Positions 35,982 through 42,612 of a stretch of 42,612 nucleotides of DNA are shown piece by piece. Source of the stretch: Nemertoderma westbladi (taxonomy: Eukaryota; Animalia; Xenacoelomorpha). The notes under the pieces were generated by a model, which was not told where the DNA came from, ran no database searches, and saw only the letters and a program-made list of their open reading frames with translations. The stretch covers positions 1 to 42,612 of the forward strand of contig JAUCBJ010006287.1 in assembly GCA_032718475.1 (NCBI GenBank), written 5' to 3'. Positions within the stretch are counted from its first letter, which is position 1; every line of letters begins with the position of its first letter. Both the position numbers and the translations under genes were made by a program.

Positions 35982-36055
35982 GAAGCTAATCTGCGTTGCG
36001 AAGTTTAGTTTTCACCTCCCGTTTGCGTTCGTGTTATATCTTTTTCCTATTTCAG

Positions 36056-36221
36056 GTGTTTTCAACGTTTATGTTATCATCGGAAACTGAGGCCCGTACC
36101 AATTACTTTCTCATAAAAGAAAAAATACTGCCGTTGTTCAATATGTGTGCCGAGAGAGTGCATACGGAGATGCTGACGCAGTGGATGCAGATATTTAAGG
36201 AACATCCGGACTGGGGTGCAG
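36056..36221 (+). CDS. PLA2G6: PLA2G6-like coding exon 3 (VFSTFMLSSETEARTNY...VHTEMLTQWMQIFKEHPDWGA)
   Basis: Acceptor tttttcctatttcag, donor cag|gtaaat, phase 0/1. Matches the recalled iPLA2-beta segment [23 protein letters not shown]. Confidence 0.9.
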
Positions 36222-36571
36222 GTAAATAAAGTAAACCTTACTCAGTTGCAGGTAAATAAAGTAAACCTTACTCAGTTGCAGGTAAATAAAGTAAATCTTA
36301 ATCAGGTCTAGGTAAATAAAGTAAATCTTAATCAGGTGTAAGTAAATAAAGTAAGCCTGAATCAGGTCTAGGTAAATAAAGTAAACCTTAATCAGGTCTA
36401 GGTAAATAAAGTAAACCTTAATCAGGTGTAGGTAAATAAACTAAACCTGAATCACGTTTAGGTAAATAAAGTATGCCTGAATCAGGTCTAGGTAAATAAA
36501 GTAAACCTTAATCAGGTCTGTAAATAAAGTATACCTGAATCAGGTCTAGGTAAATAAAGTAAACCTTAATC

Positions 36572-37534
36572 ATGTCTCCAAGGAGACAAGGTGTCCTCCA
36601 AGGAGACACACTTGCACCAATCTTGTTCATTATTGTGGTTGACTATGTTCTACGCATGTCCTTAGATCATCATAATGATGATGGGGTGATGATAACTCCA
36701 CCTACTGGCTCCAGAAGTCGAGGAAATCCTGCCAAGTACCTAACTGATCTAGACTTTGCTGATGACTTAGGAGTACTCTCACAATCATTAGAGGGAGCCC
36801 AACGGCTCCTCACCTCATTAGAACATGCTGCTTTTAGTGTTGGTCTTTTTATTAACTCCAGAAAGACCAAAATTCTGACAGTTAACTTTGAAAGTCTTCA
36901 GCAAGTCTCTGATCGGATGAGCATAAGCTCAAAGGATGGTATGCTTGAGCATGTGGACGACTTCTGTTACCTGGGATCATGGATCCGGAAGTCAGTTGAG
37001 GACCTTCGAATACGTAAGGGAAAGGCATGGGCAGCCTTGAATAGGCTTTCCAGGATTTGGAAGTCACCGAGAATTAATCGGAAACTTAAGGTCCGATTAT
37101 TTAGAGCAGCAGTAGTTCCAGTACTCCTCTACGGGAGTCCATGCTGGGCTCTAACTGCTGAGGACACCAAATCTCTGGATGGCACATTCACAAGAATGCT
37201 ACGCCGGGTTCATTGTGTCAAGTACAATGCACACATCTCCAACCAGACACTATATAACATTGGAGGTGTCTCATTGGTTCCCCCAAGCTTGACACTAGAA
37301 CAAAATCGCTTCCGCTTTGCAGGACATTGCTTTCGCCGTGAGGACCAGCCAGTGCATAATCTTGTACTTTGGCAGCCTCATGGAGTGAATAAGCATGGTG
37401 GACAGCCCATGACTTTCTTGAGACGCATCTTAAAGGACACTGGCCTTAAAGATGCGGATGATCTAGCAAATGTCATGGGTGATAGGGAGTTGTTGCGGTG
37501 CAATTTTGTTGACAAGCCGGCACAGCATTCTTAA
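36572..37534 (+). pseudogene. C-terminal half of a LINE reverse transcriptase, frame still open
   Basis: GVLQGDTLAPILF, LDFADD, INSRKTK, FCYLGS, VPVLLYGS and FAGHCFR. The ATG comes from the TSD; endonuclease and N-terminal RT are missing. Confidence 0.9.
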
Positions 37535-37573
37535 AAATGCAGCTGCAATGCAGCATGCCGATCCTAGTAGTAG
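36578..37573 (+). mobile_element. 5'-truncated non-LTR retrotransposon (RTE-like LINE)
   Basis: 12-bp TSD ttaatcatgtct (36566-36577, 37574-37585), very short 3' UTR and a (tag)n tail. Confidence 0.92.
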
Positions 37574-37665
37574 TTAATCATGTCTAGGTAAATAAAGTAA
37601 AGCATAATCAGGTTCAGGTAAATAATGTAGAAGGTACTGCCACTCCTATAATTTATTTATTCCAG

Positions 37666-37889
37666 CTCATGTCGCCGCGAAGTCGGGGAATCCCGATCTC
37701 ATCAACTCCAACGCGTTGCTATGGCGACTAAATCAACACACTGTTAACGGGACTTCTCCCCTCCATATTTCGTGTCGATTTGGCCAAGTTCGTATGATTG
37801 ATGGTCTCATTAAGAACAGGGCCGACGTCAACGCTATTGATCTCAAGGGCAACAACGTCTTCCACTATGCCGCCCAACAGAACTATAAG
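37666..37889 (+). CDS. PLA2G6: PLA2G6-like coding exon 4, ankyrin repeats; no later exon found, so the gene presumably continues beyond the window
   Basis: Acceptor tttattccag; the phase 1 join gives WGA-A-HVAAKSG. Ankyrin motifs GTSPLHISC and DLKGNNVFHYAAQ; donor aag|gtgagt. Confidence 0.9.
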
Positions 37890-38445
37890 GTGAGTTTATA
37901 TCTAAAACATCATAGTTTGTTACTACAGTAATCGCGTAAAGATGTCGGTTTTTCTGTCCTGCGGATCTCCTTGACCTACCCGATCAGGCTGGTTCATCTG
38001 AGTATTTCCTCCTTGGTGAGAGTTTTTCTTTTATTTATTAAGCTCAAAAAAATTTATGTAAATTTAAGAATTGAATGCGGAATTATATCAGTTTGGAATT
38101 CATAAAAAGAATGGCATGAAAATTATTCGTAACATTCTATGAGTGTAAAAATCTAAGTGTTTACATTTTTTTTTTATCGAACAAGATTAATTATTTTAAA
38201 ATAACTGCGAATTAATTCACAGCATTAAATTAGCGATAGTGTGCGTAATTTACAACTTCAAAGGCCGTTATATATATCATCTGAAAGAGGAGAAAATGAC
38301 CTTCAACCTGGTGCATACAGTTTGTTTGTGAATTATAGTTATAATGATGAAACGGCCATTAGAGTTCAAATTATACAATTTTCCCACGCTTTACTACCGA
38401 GTAGTTGTGATCGTCTGGAGTCGTTTCAACTACTGTTGTGAAGCT

Positions 38446-40597
38446 AAGGCCCGTAGCCAGGGGGAGTTCTGAACGGAGCGGTTCGAACGAACTGTCCTTT
38501 AGAGAAATGTGCCCTTTTATACGAACACGCATGTTTGGGAAAGTGCCCTTTTATACGAACACGCATGTTTGGGAAAATGCCCTTTTTATAATCACCATTT
38601 TGAGAAATATTATCCTTTTATATTCACCTATTCGTAAAAGTGCCCTTTCCGGCGTTTCCGACCAGTGCCGGATTAAGCCTCTGGTGGCCCTAAGGCACAT
38701 TTTAGTAATTTCCAAAAATGGCCCGAAGATAGAATTTTTCCGCAAACCCTTTCAAAAGAAAAAGCTGCTAAAAACAACTGAAATTGTGAAAATGTTGCGA
38801 AGGAAATATAAAGTATTTTCGTTGGATGACTGACTGCGTGCAAATAACTACTAAGTACTTTAATTATAAGTACTTTGCACAAATAGTTTTCATCAAGAAT
38901 TTTTAACATTACTAAGCGGCATATTATGCCTATAAAGCCTTTGCTACAAAAAGTGTAGTGGTTTTGGTAGAATTTCTCAAGCTTTACTTTTTAATACATT
39001 AATATATTAATGGGACCATTACCCCAAATCTCTTTAATTTTTAATATATTAATGGGACCATTACCCCAAATCTATTTGTTTTATTTATTAAGTTACTATT
39101 CTGAATACTATTCTGAATACTTAACACAATGATCTGTGATCTTTTATATACTATGGAAACTGAGTATAGAGAGCTTCATAAGCCGTTTATTCGAAAAATA
39201 TGGCACTTTTTGAGCAGGTCGGTTTATTTCAAAAATTCTATAAATTTTGAGCCATTTAAATGTAAATTAGCGCATGTTTAAGGATCTGTAATACCACCTG
39301 CATTGAAGTTCTTGGTCCAAGACTTTGGTAAAATGAACCTAGATATGTAGGCTATTTTCTATGAAAATAAAATAAATATCAGCATTAAATTATGTTGTTG
39401 AAGAGCATTTTTTTGGTCAAAAAATAATTAAATGTTGAAAACCGATATCACCTTATGAAAGCCTTTCTATCAAACTATAAAATGATCGGATCGCAATTTT
39501 GAATAAATGTGGTATTTATTTTCTGTAGGTTTTGCACGACTTTACAGGACTTGCTGAGAAATATAACACACCAAAAGTGTGGGCTTGTGCTCTAATAAAG
39601 TAATGATCTTCTATAAGAGAACAGTCTCGGAAATAAGCACTCTTTGTGACTAATTTTATTTTAACCAAATTCAATTATGCTGTCCGAGAGTTTTAGGTTT
39701 TGCAGGAATTGCACCTAAAATGCCATCGAATGCAAAATTCAATACACGAGGGCAGAACATCTGAATTTCGGTTAAATTAAATTAAATTAGTAACAAGAAG
39801 TTATTTCTGACGCGTTTTTTTTTATCAACAACTATTTTATCTACTACTACATAATTTATCCTTGTTTATCTATTAGGGCCTATATTTATAAAACTAGTTT
39901 CCGGTAAAAAAAATAATTTTGCACTACCATATCTCCACGCCATACATTTACTATGTACAGTATTTCCAGTATGTCATTATTTGGTTGTTCTAGAAAGTTT
40001 AAGAGCATAACTACAAATAATTCCCCACAAATAGATAAAATTAAATTATCCATTGTTCATAATTAGCACTTTAAAGTTTTACTGCCCATGTTTTATTATT
40101 TCCCTGCCATTAGGTCTCGAACTAATAAAACAGCACCTGTCGGTCGACTGAGCTATAATTTTGCACTTTCTATCACAAATTTAGGGATAGAGAGTAGTCG
40201 AAAGATGCACTTTCTTGCTCTGTTTTCTACAAATTTTAGTGAGAAAAAATGTGGACTTTTCAGATTAAAATATTATTTTCACAGGAATGACTCGCTGAGA
40301 AAAAATGGCCCGTATTTTCGGCTGGCCCTAAGGCACGTGCCTTATATGCCTTAAGGTTAATCCGGCACTGTCCGACGACTAAACAAATGTTAAAGTTACA
40401 TTAGAGCTTGAACAGTTAGGATTAATATTATCCCAGTGCCAATGTGCTTTAAAAAATACCCCCCCCCCCCCCGCCCTATTCCTACCTTAGTATGTTCTGG
40501 CTAGACCAATGGATATTTGTCATCATTTAAATAAATTAAAAAAGTGCCCTTTTTTGAAAAAACGAACCGCCCTTTTAAAATCCTGGCTACGGGCCTG
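38446..40597. mobile_element. TIR element (outer member of a nest)
   Basis: TIR aggcccgtagccagg / cctggctacgggcct. (tg)aagct occurs at both junctions. Internal gtgcccttt repeats. Confidence 0.8.
38663..40370. mobile_element. TIR element nested inside 38446-40597
   Basis: TIR cagtgccggattaa / ttaatccggcactg, sub-terminal tggccctaaggcac at both ends, and a 6-bp TSD tccgac (38657-38662, 40371-40376). Confidence 0.88.
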
Positions 40598-40788
40598 AAG
40601 CTCATCAACAGCCCAATACAATGTGCCTGTTGACGTTGACAGAAAAGTCGATGATACCTTCCTGGCAGCTGATAATCAAAAGTATAGCCGAAACTCATAT
40701 GTGAGTTGAAACCAAGTCAGAACGGTTTTACTGTAACTCATGAGTTTTCACCAATAGGAATAGATTGAAGGAAAAGTTCCCACCAAGT

Positions 40789-41765
40789 ACACGTTCGTGG
40801 GGCCTTCGCGCAGCACGAGGCCCAGTTATGAGATACAAATTAAAATTGAGCGACTGTATCACAAAATCAGGTTTTGAGAAATTTACCCACACCACCAATC
40901 AATCAAAGAAAGGGGGACAGTACGTGTTCACCCCTTTTAATCCCCCCCCCCCACCCGTCCCAACCACCAATACATAACCGCGACATCTACCACCCACGGA
41001 AGGGTAGCACGAACTTATTTCCAATCGCACGTTCAATATGCAAAGCCAGGTGGTTTATAGGAATATAATAAACGCAGTACTCGTATTCATTATAAGCCTC
41101 GTTGCGTTCGTCCTGTTTTGTATTTAAATATATTTCTTAAACGCAGGCTAGGACGTTCTTTATAATAATAATAACTAGGGATGCGATCAATATGTGAAGC
41201 CAGGTGGTTTATATAATAATTTAGTCAACGCAGTACTCGTCTTCATTATATGCCTCGTTGCGCTCGTCGCTTGTCCTGTTTTGTTATAAAATATTTTTCC
41301 TAAACGCAGACTGACGATCTTTATACAGTTATAACTATGCGAAGTTTCGAAACTGTGCGAGTAACTGTTGATACATCTATGTGGATATGTGTGATATGTG
41401 GAGATGTGTGATACAACGCCAACGCATCTTATGCCGATGTAGTAATATGGGTATTGAAATAATATTAAATTAATGTACACTCTTAAAGCTGCAGCGAAAA
41501 AATGTAGCTAATTTCCTAGGTTACATATAAAATAATAATATTATTTTTAAGAACATTAATTTTACTACTTTGCAAAAATTCAATTAAAAAATAACCAGAC
41601 ATATACATTGTGGAATAAACTATTTCAGAAGCCTACACAACAGCCATGCCATGGATAGTATTTATGTTATGATATCTGTCATTCACCTGAGATAGCAATA
41701 CAACATTTATAGTGAATTTAAAGAATGCTGTCTGGGCTGGAATAGCAATACTGGTTGTCTATTAC
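40789..41765 (-). mobile_element. Helentron-like element, copy 4 (3' ~1 kb), closely matching 17859-18866 in inverted orientation
   Basis: Begins acacgttcgtggggccttcgcgcagcac. ORF-track peptides 18173..18466 and 41187..41480 are almost identical. Confidence 0.85.
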
Positions 41766-41805
41766 TATCCCCCGCTACGAAGTTATTATGGTGATGCTCG
41801 GTAGA

Positions 41806-42190
41806 CAGTGGCGGTTCTAGGGGGGGGGGGGGGGGGCAAGGGGGCATCTGCCCCTCCGCAGGTATCTTGGGGGGGGGGCTTGCCCCCTCCCTAGCGAAAG
41901 GTAATGTGGTAAATCCGTACCAGTGGGTACCGACTTGCTCGAAAACAGACCTCTCTGGGAAAAGACTTCTATTTTTTTTCAAAATTTAGTTACTACCCGG
42001 AGATATCCATTATAAAACACTCTGATATTTTTGTAAAATTCTGGAACTTTGGGAATTCGGGAAAAAATCGGGAATTTTCTTCAAAGTTTTCTTCTTCGAA
42101 CTGTAGCTTGTTTCCGAAACGTGCAGTGGCGTGCAGAAGGGGGGGGGGGGGGGGGGGGGGGGCACCTTCCAAGGGGCGCCAAAATTTGAG
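41806..42190. mobile_element. Left ends of hAT-like MITEs (cagtggcg-polyG) at 41806 and ~42124
   Basis: cagtggcggttctag-G(n) and cagtggcgtgcagaa-G(n). No matching right TIRs seen in the window. Confidence 0.45.
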
Positions 42191-42612
42191 CAGTAGTGGC
42201 ATCATAGCCAGCTGATAGTATAATGGTGGTTCCAAGTTTAGCTTATTGATGCTAGACATTTAGCCCATCCAACATACAAACATAGTAGTTTGGTTCTGTA
42301 TTGGTTGCATAGCCTTTCAGCACTGCCCACATTGCACATGTGAAGGTGTCACAGGTGAGAAGGTAGATGTCTCCTGCGATTGGTCCATGGTATGGTCACT
42401 GGAAATATCTCCATTGGTAAGTTCAGTGGCTTTGTGGTTTAAGGCATGTGCAAGTAAATTTAAGCAGTAAATTTCTTAATATAATATAATTTTGCAATTA
42501 AAATAGTCTTAAAATAGTCATTTAATTACTTCAATATTTTCCACTACCACACATGTTATGAAAGTTTGTGCGGCTAAAATACTAAAGTATATTTATTGCC
42601 TCTTAAATAATT

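Larger units (their letters stand above)
36217..37625 (+). repeat. 30-bp tandem array of the exon 3 donor, ~14 copies, interrupted by a LINE
   Basis: Unit gtaaataaagtaaacctta(c/a)tcag(ttgc/gtct)ag at 36222, 36252 and onward to ~36550, resuming at 37588 and 37618. Confidence 0.93.

Noticed and set aside
36572-37534. Stand-alone or domesticated reverse transcriptase gene serving the arrays or the retrozyme
   Set aside because: The TSD, tail and 5' truncation show an ordinary dead-on-arrival LINE copy that lacks the N-terminal RT subdomains.
37890-42612. Further PLA2G6 exons, e.g. AG..GT-bounded segments near 42310-42420
   Set aside because: The frames I tried show no ankyrin or patatin similarity; the next exon is probably outside the window.

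Overview
AT-rich eukaryotic genomic DNA, probably from an invertebrate animal, judged from its GT-AG introns, dense MITEs and gene content. It holds three single-ORF genes: a questin-oxidase/DUF4243-like protein (-), a GPI-anchored Ly6/three-finger-like protein (+) and a PMS2 whose CDS has no introns (-). It also holds the first four coding exons of a PLA2G6/iPLA2-beta-like gene (+), which the ORF track misses and which I assembled by hand. Two things stand out, both in PLA2G6 introns. (1) The exon/5'-splice-site junctions are amplified into tandem arrays: about 80 x 79 bp after coding exon 2, about 14 x 30 bp after coding exon 3, and possibly 8 x 39/47 bp after an upstream exon. The introns are therefore mostly chains of AG|GT donor copies. 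(2) Intron 1 contains a TSD-flanked insertion of about 2.3 units of a ~425-bp monomer. Each full monomer joins a tRNA-like Pol III cassette directly to a minimal type I hammerhead ribozyme (retrozyme-like). The rest is nested non-autonomous DNA transposons, four copies of a Helentron-like family, a 5'-truncated LINE and minisatellites. All family assignments come from motif recognition by eye; no searches were run.
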